Below, one piece after another: positions 25,660 through 38,265 of a stretch of DNA of 64,000 nt (positions are counted from its first letter, which is position 1; each line of letters opens with the position of its first letter). A program made the position numbers and the translations under genes. Source of the DNA: Eledone cirrhosa (lineage: Eukaryota); contig OZ024742.1 in NCBI GenBank assembly GCA_964016885.1, positions 203,546,001 through 203,610,000 of the forward strand. Direction: 5' to 3'. The notes beneath the pieces are model-generated. The model saw nothing but the letters and a program-made list of their open reading frames with translations. It made no database searches and was not told the DNA's origin.

Positions 25660-26735
25660 TCTACTATATAAATTGGAAGTGGTCGGACGTTGTATATGTA
25701 GGTGTAGTCGGATAAACGTCGAAACGACTTTGTGGAATGAAAATTTACACAGTTATGCAGAATAACCCGAGGAGGCGTTGGGTCGACTTTCAAGCTACAA
25801 TCTTCCATGGTTACGGAGAAAATCGATGAAACAGGAATTTCCCATTCAAATTGAACTGAGACTAATCTGTGAACGCAGAAGTAATTATTTCGAGAAACGT
25901 TGCAACCGAACGAAAACAAGAAGACGATATTTTGGTTCGTGAAGACGTTCCCTGGCAATGAACGGGGGAAAAGCGAGGATAATACGTCGTTATGTGGACC
26001 GAGAAGAACAATTTCATGCAAAGACAAGACCAAGTTTATGGTATAAATGGAGTCGTTAGACTAATATTCTATTTAAAATATCAGAATGATTTCCAGCCCC
26101 GGAGTTTAAGAATGATGTAAATAAAATTGAAAACGAAAATGACAGAGGTTATTAAAATAGTAAAAGTAAATAGTGAAGATTTAGCTAGTACATACGTATG
26201 CCCTGACGGACATACACATACATACGCACACACAAATACATACACACCCACACACAAACACACACACGCGCACATGCACACACATGAATGTACACGCGTA
26301 TGTATAAACCTTATGCATTTCTACAGTATTTTCACCAAACTTAAGGCATAGGTTACTTATGTACTCCGGATGGTCATGGGCACTGTCATTTTTCCAGATA
26401 TTGATTATAGGGCCCCCGGCAGATAACCCCCTTTAACCACTTCCTTGGAGACGACTGAAGAACTGCAGTGCAATGCCACAAAACGTCATAACTTCTGGAA
26501 TTCGCAACCGATTTTCACAAAACATGACACATGGGCTACGTTTGTCCTACAGATGAATGTGAACTCTCAGAATTGGCACATATTGGGTAGGGGACCCCTG
26601 GGGGCAGGAACCCTCTTTTGGAAAAAGTCGATGATTTTGTAAAAGTATAGTTTTCGAAGCAGCACTGAAGTATTGACATAAATGGTATACACAACTGCTA
26701 TTTAATATCCGAGTAACGCCGGGTACCTCTGCTAG
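25660..26735 (+). mobile_element. Probable non-autonomous Helitron (could be two pieces)
   Basis: a|TCtactatataaa start; 3' ccgagtaacgccgggtacctctgCTAG|t. Confidence 0.6.
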
Positions 26736-26849
26736 TCATTTATATATGCATGTATGTTTCTATATATTTTATGTATGAATATATTCACGTATATAAAGAA
26801 TTGCCGATGTGGTACATCCTTTCAAATGATCACACCTCTCCGCTGTATA

Positions 26850-26990
<141 letters not shown>

Positions 26991-27589
26991 TCACATACAT
27001 ATACATACATGCATGTACATACATGTGTGTATGCATATGTGAGTGTCGGCGTGTGAGTATGTGCGTGTGTGTGTCTGCGTGTATGTATGTATGCATGTGG
27101 GTGTATGTGTGTGTATTTGTCTATATAGATATGTGTGTGTGTGTATGTGTGTGTATATGTGTGTATGTAGGTATGTGTGTATGTATGTGTACATGTCTGT
27201 GTGCATGTGTTTGTGCATGTATGTGTGCATATATGTGTGTATGTGTGCATGTAGCAATGATCGAATTATAGATGAAGCTAGAATACGCAGTGTTCAGTAA
27301 CCGTGACCACATACTTCTTCATACATCGCCGATCACATCTAACAAGCAACGCAGATTAGATTGGCGGCCATTTTATTGTATTCGTTATACGAAACAACAT
27401 ACATATCATTTCGCCTCACTTCTAGCTTAAAGATTCTGCAAATTGGGACATACACAATTGATTAAATATCTTTACAGATCGATTGTCACTTATGCTCAAG
27501 ATCAATCTCCCTATCTATTTGTGTGCGTATATGTGTAAGTGTGTGTTCCTGTCAAACTGTTTACTAATTTTACTATCTAACCAATATAC

Positions 27590-27624
<35 letters not shown>

Positions 27625-28391
27625 GAGGTTTTGGGGGTATTAGGGATTATTTGCCCTACTGTTATGCTCATAACATTTCGATACCAAACATATATGTATA
27701 TACACATATATACACACATATAAAAGCATGGTATGTATACACGACTGATGTTCTAACTAGTTCTGTATCTATTGATCTATACATCCAAACATGGCGATTG
27801 CAAAGTCCTTGTACAATTTTAAATTTGTAAAACTTTAATTTTCTATGACAGAATTTATCGGAGGCGGGAGGAAAAAAAACTGAAAGAACTTACCATTTTA
27901 TATAGATTTATGCTTGATATTCTCCATTTTCAATCTGCTCTCCGTCCTATATACAGAAATTGTAATGCGATTTTAGTGTTATATAAGAATATTTGCAACT
28001 GATTTTTTCTAATGCGTTGAATCACATAGATAAATCAAATATGTAAGTCATCTTATATTAATAGCTGTGTTTCTTTGAGACACGGGCCACGTTCCTCTCT
28101 GTAATCCCAAGTTTCCTCAACCCCCTCCCCCTAATTGGAATTGTCATCCAGTAATTTTTCACCCAGGCACCATATTAACACCAGCAAGAATTTCAAACCT
28201 TAATAATTGCATAGTCTAGTGCTTTTTAGAGACCCACATTTATATTTCCCAGATACCAGATTTTCTCAATCGCCTCTCCACAAAATAAAAATGGAATTGT
28301 CATCTCGTATATTTTTCATCATTATCTTTCCAGTGTAAATAATAAAAACAATTTATTTAGAGCAAATTAGTTGTTGTTTCTTTGTTTTGAA

Positions 28392-28459
<68 letters not shown>

Positions 28460-28463
<4 letters not shown>

Positions 28464-29060
28464 AGCAGGCTTGAAAAGCTATATCCGAGCGTCACACATC
28501 TGAATCTGACATGCGATTGCAAACTCTGCCAAGAGTATTGCAATCGCTTGTCAGATTCAGATGTGTGACGCTCGGATATGGCTTTTCAAGCCTGCTAGAG
28601 ACTTGCACTCCTTCATACACTGACGATCCCTGAATTGAGGTCCTGCACCAGCATCAGGTTGCTCGTGAACCCTCACAACACCGTGGAGATCATAGTTCAC
28701 TGGTTTTCTTTGAACATGACTGCGACTGTGGCTCCTGAGACCAGATTTTCTCAAGCAAATTTTTCCACACTTAGGGCACTTCAATTCAATGGAGACATCG
28801 ATCGTTTCGAGAGATACACCAGGGCATTGCTTACGCACATCCCGTTTGATCTTCTCGTGCTCTATACGTCCGTCCTCGAAATTATGGACCCATCATTAAC
28901 TATTCCACGAGCTTCTATCTCCCAGTCACCCATCATGAAACCAGTTTTTTCAATGAGTCCTTTACAAATACATGAATCGGAGCCTTGGCTTGTGAGGTGG
29001 TCTCTTACCCTCATAAAGCTCGCCATACAAGAGTTGTTTTGGGATTCGAGAGGTGCCATA
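28460..29060 (-). mobile_element. RTE-type LINE 3' fragment with C2H2 zinc-finger motifs
   Basis: SRIPKQLLYGELYEGKRPPHKPRLRF..WEIEA; CPKCGKICLRKSGLRSHSRSH; CMKECKSLAGLKSHIRASH. Confidence 0.7.
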
Positions 29061-29247
29061 GTAGAATACTTGCACAATTTAAATCTATGAAACCCATTCG
29101 TCTCCAGTCCAATTTCTTCAAGAGAAGGGGACAGAGTGGTAGAAAAGAAGTGATATAAAGATATAAAGAACTGGTAATCTTTTCAATCCGACGATCTGAC
29201 GACCCTACCACTTCACCGCCTAGTTAACATTTATAGACATTTTCTTT

Positions 29248-29434
29248 GGTGGATTGGCAGTATCGGTAGAGGGTCGGACACCATGCTTTGCAACATAGAG
29301 TTACGCCCCTTTATGGTCCAAGTTCAAATCCTGCCGAGGTTAACTCTGCCTTTCATCCTTTCGGGGTCGATTAAATAAAGTACCAGTAATGCACTGAGGT
29401 AATTGCTGGCCTTGTGCCAAAAGTAGAAACAATT
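29248..29434 (+). mobile_element. tRNA-derived SINE (family of 2936-3100)
   Basis: aagttcaaatcctgccgaggttaactctgcctttcatcctttcggggtcg. Confidence 0.8.
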
Positions 29435-32165
29435 ATTTCTATTTTCTAGAACATGCTAGTGACTATCCTTAGATGTAATATCATGCCTTTGTATACCTGG
29501 TTGTGTATCACTCCAAATTACAAATGTCTTTCATCCTACAACTAATAATCTTTAGAGATCCTAGTTTTTATATTTTCTGAAACGTGCCTATGGTTATCCT
29601 TACAGAAATGACTATGAATCAATTGCATTGTACGAATTGCAAATGACATGAAAATATTTCTTTAAAATCCCGAATACTGCTATTTTCTGGAACGTACCTA
29701 TGTTTATCTTTAGAAGTTATCGATCAATATCTTTACAGAAAAGGTTATGAACCAATGCCAGTATAAAAGAGATGTCTAATTCCTTACCTTTCTATATTTA
29801 CTTAGTTAACAATCTTCACATATCACGATATTGCTATTTTATAGAACGAGTCTATATCTATCCTTAATGGTAATGTTTCTATCTTCTTTTTAGAATTAGC
29901 TGTGCATATCATTACAGTGGGGTATTCGAGTAGAGAGAATACATTGATGACTGGCAGCTGCATCCTTAGGAATGTACAGGTACACTGGGTCTTACTATTG
30001 GCTCTGAAAACTTTTTCAGCCACATCACGGAAACTGCTTCTACGAACAGGCTAAACTTAGTGAGGGACTTGATACTAGGAGCGGAGATGTACATCACCAA
30101 CATTCTAAGGCTTACTGAAATGCCATGATAGACACCATGCTGGGTCGGTCGAGGCCCAGAAAACCAGCGACAACGCTCTCCGCTGTCATCAATATGCAAC
30201 TAGGACAACGACAGCAATGACAGTGACACCAACATCGAGAACCATCAACCTTTCTAAAGAAACTACTGTCTTTGGGACATGGAACGTCCGCTCTTTATAT
30301 GCTTGTGGAAGAACGAAAAAACTTACACATAAAATAGTCAGATACACATGGGGTATTTCAGGCTGGCTGAAGTCAGGTAGACTAGATTTTTTGAGATAAC
30401 TACAAATGAAGGCCACAAGCAGCGAGGATGACACGAAACGCGAACATGGAGTGAGTTTCATTGTTAATAAAACCAGAACGAGCGCAGTCATCAGCTGTAC
30501 ACCAGTATTCAGCAGACTCATCACTAAGCATGTGGCTGCAAGATCATTGAACATTGCAATCAAGCAAGTCTATGCACCAAAACTTTATTATGACGATGAT
30601 GTTGTTGAAGATGATGAGGACCTGGAGAAAATCATCAGGAAAGCTCAGAAAAAAGACATCCTCATCATCTTAGGAAACTAGAATGCCAAAGTAGGTCCAG
30701 GTTCATATGGCCAATGGGCTGGGTCGGTGGGATAATTTGGCAATGAAGAAACAAATGATCGTGGACATCGCCTCCTATAAATTGTTAGCAATGACAAGCT
30801 GACCCTAGCCAATACACTGTTCCCACACAAGGCCTCAAGGAGAACATGGCATGCACCCAATGACAGAATGTACAATCAAATTGACTTCACTCTCGCACTC
30901 CAAAGGTTCAAGTCCAGTATCAATAAGGCCAGGAGTAGGACCTACCCTACCCTAGTGCAGATGTCAACAGTGTTCAGGATTTGGTTCTGATGACAGTAAA
31001 GCTTAAATTGAAAAAGATCCATAAAAATGAAGCCACACGTATTAAGTTTGATGTAGACAAACTAAGAGATCCTAGGGTTGCAGCAATGTTTGAAGTTAAC
31101 GGAGGTGGTAGGTTTGCAGCCCTCAACCTTCTAGAAGATTTTAACTCCTTAACCAAGAAAGCACTTCATGAAACAGTGTTAGAAGTGTTTGGGAAGAAAG
31201 TAAGGGAATATAAACCATGGGTCACTGATGACATCTTGGACCTATGTGATTTAAAACGTGACTTGGGGAAGACCAAGCTAACAGATCATTAGGCAAAACA
31301 ATATAATGCTCTTAATAGGGAAGTCATCAAGAAAATAAGGGAAGCCAAAGAGAAGAGGATATCAGAAAAATGGATATCAGAAAAGTGGATATCAAACTAG
31401 TGCAAACATATCCAAGCTGGAATGAAAAATAGGGCCACAACAAAGCCAATAAGAACAAAGAAATTGAGGATACTCCAATCCTCCAGGAGGAAGTCGGAGT
31501 GGCGGAGAACATGCTCAAAGATGGTAGACCCCTAAGAGTCGATAACATTCCATCAGAGCTCCTAAAACATTAAGGGTCACAATTTATCAAGGTACTGACT
31601 GTTGCCGGGCTGTAAAATCTATCAGGAGCATACAGAATGGGGATCAGCTCAGAAAAGAACAAGATTCTGGTTAATAGTAATCATCAGAATACAGCAACCC
31701 AAGATCATGCTGAACGGAGGAAGACTTGAAGAAGTGGAAACCTTCAAGTACCTAGGATCCACTAGGACCAAAGACGGTAGATCTCAAAGCCGGTAGATCT
31801 CAAAAGGATATACTGTCAAGACTTGCTCTGACTACTTCTGCGATGGCAAAGCTAAATTTCATATGGAAAAGCAACTCATCAATTTTCCAACGAAACTCAA
31901 TCTATACAAGTCCTTGGTGAATTCGATCCTATTATATGGGTGTGAGAGTTGGAATCTAACAGCTGACGTGGACGAATGATCCAATCATTCGAGTACAAAT
32001 GCTTCAGAAGGTTACTACACATCCTTTATGTGGAGCACAAAACAAACAGCTTTGTCAGGCAATAAGTGACCGGCAGACAGAAAACATTGCTTTCGACGAT
32101 GAAATAACAGATGATTGCCTGGTATCGTCATGTATCGTTCCACAAATCTAAATCATCCTTTAGAG

Positions 32166-32597
32166 AAGGGGTCGGGAACCCTCGGTCCGTGGGTCACATC
32201 CGACTTCCGAAGGATTTTTGTCCGGCCCGCCAACAGGTAATCTTAGACAAAGCGCTCTGGATTATTTTGGATTAGAATACCGGCTAGAGAACACAAGACT
32301 CATTTAGCTGAACGTAATATTTTGCGTGACAGTAACAAACAATCAAACTCACACAGATAGTATCTCATTAAACAATTTAGCATTTCTGCCTGTAATTTAT
32401 TTGTAGTAAGGAATGTCATTAAAATAATATCACATAAAATTCATTATTGTTCTTTAAATCCCAGGATTAAGGTAGCCTTCTTGACAGAGCAGTCTGACGT
32501 CGGGCAAATTTATTATATTTTAATATATATCATGGCCCGCCAACGAGACACTGCATAGCTATGTGGTCCACACACCCCAAAAGTTCGCCGACTCCTA
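32166..32597. mobile_element. hAT-type MITE with 8-bp TSD
   Basis: TSD ctttagag at 32158-32165 and 32598-32605; TIRs aaggggtcgggaac / gttcgccgactccta. Confidence 0.85.
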
Positions 32598-32741
32598 CTT
32601 TAGAGCATAGTCGAAGGAGGGCGAAGGATAGGCAGACAAAGAAAATGTTGGTACAACTTCAAAGATTGGACTGGTCACTACACCGACATCCTTCTACGCA
32701 TGAGGAGAATAGAGACCCATAGCGGCGACTGCCTGCGAAAG

Positions 32742-33185
32742 AATCTAGTGTGACACCCAGTGACTGGCTGCACCTGTGGCACATATAGTGAGGCACCCCG
32801 ACGACTGGCCGCAACAGTGGCACATCTAGTGAGTTACCCCAATGATTGGCTACACCAGTGACACATCTAATGAGGCAGCCCAATGACTGATGGAACCAGT
32901 GGCACATCTAATGAGGCAGCCCAATGACTGATGGAACCAGTGGCGCATCTAGTGAGGCACCCCATTACTGGTGGAACCAGTGGCACATCTAGTGAGGCAC
33001 GCCAACGACTGGTTGAATCAGTTGCACATCTAGTGCGGCACCCCAATGGCTGGCTGCACCATTGGCACATCTAGTGCGGCACCCCAACGACTGGCTGCAC
33101 CAGTAGCACATCTCGAGTAGCCCCCAATGTCTGGCTACATCTGTGGCACATCTAGTGTGACACCCCGACGACTGGGCGCGCCAGT
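32742..33185. repeat. 41-bp minisatellite (~11 copies) at the RTE 3' end
   Basis: Consensus cacatctagtgaggcaccccaatgactggctgcaccagtgg; copies at 32821, 32862, 32903, 32944. Confidence 0.9.
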
Positions 33186-33487
33186 TACGGGAGCATGATT
33201 GATCGATAGATCGATCATTACAGCTGCAACAACGCCAAATAAGATATTGAACATGATTCTTTAACTATCAGAGTCTACAATTCTTAAAGCATTAGTCAGT
33301 GCAAATCATTAGATATTCTGCTCGCTTCTACAACTGCTGAAGACTGTGTCTTTGGATTCACTCCTGTCATATTTATTGACTTTCAATAACATTCATGAAT
33401 TCTCACTTCACAATTTTTATTCTTGTTTCATAAAAAGAAAATGTTGTTGTTTATGTTATTGTTATTTTTCGTCTTTTTTCTTTCTCG

Positions 33488-34120
33488 CAGTGGTGGTGGT
33501 GATGGCTGTGGTGGTGGTGGTGGTGAGTTGGTGGTGGTGTAGTTGGTGGTAGTTGGTGGTGGTGGTTGTCGTGTAGTTGTTGTTGGTGGTGGTGGTGGTG
33601 ATTCTGTTTTAGTTTTGTTGTTTGTGGTGGTAGTGTTGTTATAGTTCTTTGTTGGTTTTAAGGTTGATAGTGTTGTTGTTGATGGTGTTGTTGTTTGAGT
33701 TTTGTTTTTTGTGGTGGTAGTGTCGTTGTATTTCTTTGTCGGTTTTGAATGTGATGATGTTATTGTTGTTGTTGTTGGTGGTGGTGGTTGTGGTGGTGAT
33801 GGTGGTGGTGGTGGTGATGGTGGTGATGGTGGTGGTGGTGGTGGCTGTCATCGTGGTAATGATGTTGGTGGTAATCAAGATTTTACTGTTCTTGTTATGG
33901 CTACTGTAGCTGTTGTTGTTGTTATTTTGTTGTTTTTGTCGCAGTTATTTATGTTGCTGCTGCCGCTGCTGTTGCAGATGTCTTTCATTTTTTTTTGCTG
34001 TTTATTTGTTTGTTGTTGCTGCTGTAGCTTTTACTGGTTTTTTTTTCTACACATTGTAGTTGATGTTTTTGTTAGTTTATGCTGATGTTGTTGTTGTCAT
34101 TGTTGTTGTTGTTGCTTGCA
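33488..34120. repeat. GTG/GTT triplet low-complexity region
   Basis: Direct reading. Confidence 0.85.
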
Positions 34121-34304
34121 TCTATGTTGAATGTTTTCAATGGTGGTATAACGATGAAAATGATTGCGGGTGAGAGGTGTCAACTGTCTCTCTACATAAG
34201 TTGACAGAAGATAAAACCAATACTCGACATAAAGGAGTGTTATTGATGTTTTATTTATATGTCACTGAAGACATAGCCTGGAGTCATGTTCCTCTCAGTC
34301 TATA

Positions 34305-34880
34305 GTGTGTGTGTGAGTGCATGAGTGCGGCAATCAGTGTGTGTGTGTGTGTGTGTGTGTGGATCAGTGTGTGTGTGAGTGCGGCAATCAGTGTGTGCGC
34401 GTGTGTGAATCAGTGTGTGTGTGAGTGCGGCAATCAGTGTGCGTGAGCGTGTGGGAATCAGTGTGTGTGTGAGTGCGGCAATCAGTGTGAGTGTGCGTGT
34501 GTGAGTGCAGCAATCAGTGTGTGTGTGTGTGCATGAGTGGGTGAATCAGTGTGTGTGACCGTGTGTGAATCAGTGAGTGTGTGAGTGCGGCAATCAGTGT
34601 GTGTGGGTGAATCAGTGTGTGTGAGTGCGGCAATATGTGTGTGTGAGTGTGTGAGTGCGTCAATCAGTGTGTGTGAGTGTGTGAGTGCGTCAATCAGTGT
34701 GTGTGTGAGTGCGTCAATCAGTGTGTATGAGTGTGTGATTGCGTCAATCAGTGTGTGTGTGAGTGCGTGAATTGGTGTGTGTGTGAGTGCGTCAATCAGT
34801 GTGTGTGAGTGTGTGATTGCGTGAATCGGTGTGTGTGTGAAAGCGTCAATCAGTGTATATGTGTATGTGCGCGTGATTAC
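34305..34880. repeat. (GT)n-embedded minisatellite gagtgcg(g/t)caatcagtgtg
   Basis: Motif recurs many times with variable GT spacers. Confidence 0.85.
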
Positions 34881-35551
34881 GTGTGTGTGTGTATGTGTGT
34901 GAGTGTGTATGCGTACGTATGTATATATGGACCTGTGTGTGTAAGTGGATGGATGGTCATGTGTGTAGAAGTACATACTAGTGTCTGAGTATGTGTGCAT
35001 GTGTATAAATGTATGTATGGCCAGCCATGTATGAGTAAGTGTACGTAACATCACTATGTATGTGTGTGCACGCGTGAATGTATTTGTACGCGGATGTGTG
35101 TCCGCGAATGTGTGAGTATGTATGAGGATGTGTTAGTCTAATATCGCCATGTATGTGTGTATTTGCGTGTATATGTAAATATGTATGTGTGTAAATGTTT
35201 ATACGTGTACGTGTGTGTATTTGTAAATATGTATGTATGTGAATGTTTATACGTGTAAATGTGAGTGTGTATGTCTGTGCGTGTGCATGTAAGAACGTGT
35301 GCGTGTATGTATGTTTCATTATATACGTATACATATATGTTAAAACTAGTGTTTGTATATGTGTATCAATGTATAAAATGTATGTTTGTTATTGTGTTTA
35401 TACATGTATGTATGTTATTGCATATGAATGGATGTATATATACATATACTATTGATAGTATGTATATATATATATGCTATGACATTGCAACTCTGTTGCT
35501 ACGTTTGTGTATATGTGCGGATGGATACATGGGTAAAGATATATATGTTTG

Positions 35552-35828
35552 TATAATAATATATGTAGAAATAAACACAGTAAATTGTGTGTCTAAAATT
35601 ACGACGGTTGAAATACCACATTGGTTTGATAAATTTAACCTGAAGCAAACGTAAGATATATAATATATATATATAGAGACCGTCTCCATAACTATTTCTT
35701 CTCTCGGGTATATATATATTATATATATTACGTTTGATTCAGGTTAAATCTATCAAACCAATGTGGTATTTCAACCGTCGTAATTTTAGACACACAATTT
35801 ACTGTTTATTTCTACATATATTATTATA
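35552..35828. repeat. Fold-back with ~120-bp arms; no hammerhead seen
   Basis: 35552-35672 is the reverse complement of 35709-35828. Confidence 0.85.
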
Positions 35829-35830
35829 TA

Positions 35831-35995
35831 ATTGTTTAGACCTTTGGCACAAGGCCAGCAATTACCCAGTGTATTGCTGGTACTTTATGTTATCGACCCC
35901 ATAAGGATGAAAGGCAAAGTTAACCTCGACGGGATTTGAACTCAGAATGGCAAGGGCCGTAACTCTCTGCGTCAAATCATGGCGTCCGACCCTCT
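35831..35995 (-). mobile_element. tRNA-derived SINE (family of 2936-3100)
   Basis: tcgaccccataaggatgaaaggcaaagttaacctcgacgggatttgaactc. Confidence 0.8.
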
Positions 35996-36870
35996 ATATA
36001 ATGCTCAGTATTTATACTTTGAGCTTGTTAATTGCAGGGTATCAATATGAGTTAGTAACTCTGTATTTTATTTGTATGTTTGTATATATATATATTTATG
36101 CGTGTGTGTGTTTGTGCGCGCGCGCGCGAGTGTGTGTGTGTGTGCGTGTGCGCGTGTGTGTGCGTGTGTGTCTGTGAACAGGTAATTGTGGGCCTGAATA
36201 CACATTCTATAAAACAACACATGCCCATGAATGTGTGTATCGTTAAGTTATAGCTCCTAAAAATAACCGAAGAACGTGGGTGATATGATTAGCGTAAATA
36301 GTAACCCACTTGTCCGGCAAGTAGAGGTGTGAGTTCGACTCTTAGGTGTGCTGAGGCTATTTTTATCACCGTTCAGTTGCATTATACAGACAGTTATTAT
36401 TTGAATATTTTATTTACCGTAGTCAATGTCATGGTAAGATCAATTTTTATGTACACACACAAATACGCGAGCGTGTGTTTGTGTGTGTGTCATATTTAAT
36501 ATAGAAATGGCTTCTACAAGACATGAACTGTTTCATTTAAAAAAATCACCAGGAAACAGTTCTGGTCTATAAACTAATTGCAAATACTGCACCAATGTCT
36601 GATTTCAACATAGGCTGCATTTTCCGTTTATTGATAATGTTCAAGTGCTGCTTCAATCCCCCGCGTTAATTGCAGCTTTTTTTGACAAACGTGGCATTGA
36701 AAGTGGTCATCTAGATAGAATTCCAATAATTCATGTGTGCCTGCCCGCATGGGCACGCTGGTCTGACATGAGACCATATACAACTCATATATATGTATAT
36801 ATATAAATACATATATATAAACATATATATATACGTATATATATATATACATACTTATATATATATAAAC

Positions 36871-36901
<31 letters not shown>

Positions 36902-36930
36902 CGAAACATAAGTCAAACAATCCTTTATTT

Positions 36931-36986
36931 ACTGCTATATATATTTCGATGATAGCCATTGAATGGCTATGACCTCATCAGGCAGT
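36931..36986 (-). ncRNA. Minimal type I hammerhead in a ~150-bp (TA)n-flanked insert
   Basis: ACUGC-CUGAUGA-GGUCAUAGCCAU-UCA-AUGGCUAUCAUC-GAAA-UAUAUA-UA^GCAGU. Confidence 0.88.
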
Positions 36987-37045
36987 CAGTCAGTTCTTAG
37001 ATATGCCAGCTCTGTGTGTATAGTGTTGATGGTATCAGAGCCTTG

Positions 37046-37125
<80 letters not shown>

Positions 37126-37135
37126 ATATATACAT

Positions 37136-37947
37136 ATTGTTATACTTTGGGAGGGTCATTTATCTATTTGTTTATTTATTTATTTATTTACATGTTACTG
37201 GTTGGTTGTTTGTTCTATGTGCGTGTGTGTTTTCATTTTGTCCTTAATTGTAAGTTGTGATGTTGCTGTTCAACTCATATTTTCTATTTAATTTTGGTTG
37301 TAATTCTTTTATGTTTATTGCCTCTGTAATTTGTCTAAACATTGCATCTTTTCTGTGTGTAGATTCTATTTTTATTTCTATGTTCTCTAATTTACCCTTG
37401 TGTTCTATCTTAGCATGTTGGTAGAGTACAGATGATTCTTTATTATCTTGAAGGTCTCGCCAGGGTTCATTTATCCGGACAAAATGAAAACACACACACA
37501 CATAGAACGAACAAACAACCAATAACATGTAAATAAATAAATAAATAAACAAATAGATAAATGAACATAAACACACACAGACACCCTGATGTGGCGCATG
37601 CGCAAACTGAGCACACAACACACACACAGAAACAAAATGGCGTAGGACAGAACAAAGGAGAGGCACAGAAACAAAGAAAGGAATCCCCAGTCACTGAAGA
37701 GGTCACAGAGTGTGTGACGAAAGGACTATGACTATATATAAACATCTATCTGGTTGTGGAACCAACCAACCAACCAGAAATTTATAAATTTATAAATTTG
37801 TAAATTTGTAAATATATAATAAATTGAAGTGAAAGCAACTGGTACGTGTGTTTCTTATTGGCAACATGACCCTCCCAAAGTATAACAATATCGGTTTCAA
37901 CACACGATTTCAGATAAAGAAGCTTGCTAAACAAATTCAGAAACGAC
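37136..37947. mobile_element. Fold-back PLE: minus-strand GIY-YIG C-terminal fragment (37244-37465) plus inverted 3' UTR
   Basis: SSVLYQHAKIEH..IKIES..DAMFRQITEAINIKELQPKLNRKYE; ggacaaaatgaaaacacac present on both strands. Confidence 0.75.
37689..37733 (+). ncRNA. Minimal type I hammerhead
   Basis: AGUCA-CUGAAGA-G-GUCAC-AGAGUGU-GUGAC-GAAA-GGAC-UA^UGACU (one extra G after A9). Confidence 0.75.
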
Positions 37948-38187
37948 ATATATACATAAATATATATGTAAACATATATATACATACATATAAACATATA
38001 TATACATATATATGAACATAAATACATATATATAAATATAAATACTTAGGTTAGTAGGAGTTAGGTATTATAAACCCGTGTCCCGTTAAGGTATTGGCAG
38101 CATAATGATTAGCTCTATGCTTTGGAGCAGAGCCGTATATATCAAAAAGAACACAAGAGCGTCTACAACATCAAAAGATTTTTATTG

Positions 38188-38234
38188 GCTAACAATGTTT
38201 CTTCCTTACGTGTAACCGTAGGATTCATCAGAGC
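38188..38234 (-). ncRNA. Type I hammerhead in the inverted left arm (38045-38265)
   Basis: GCU-CUGAUGA-A-UCCUACG..CGUAAGGA-A-GAAA-CAUUG-UU^AGC; short stem I. Confidence 0.65.
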
Positions 38235-38265
38235 TATAAAAGGGGTTTGATTGGTGTTATGGACT

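Larger units (their letters stand above)
29920..33217 (+). mobile_element. Decayed RTE-clade LINE (APE endonuclease, RT core largely deleted, C-terminus)
   Basis: GTWNVRSL, HGVSFIV, QVYAP, ILGN*NAKVG, NTLFPHK..TWHAPN..NQIDF, LEEVETFKYLGS, LLYGCESW, VEGGRRIGRQRKCW; short-repeat tail tgattgatcgatagatcgatc; 5' boundary approximate. Confidence 0.85.

Noticed and set aside
27358-27375. CCAAT plus YY1-like motif (gattggcggccatttt) as a host promoter
   Set aside because: No adjacent exon or CpG-island support.
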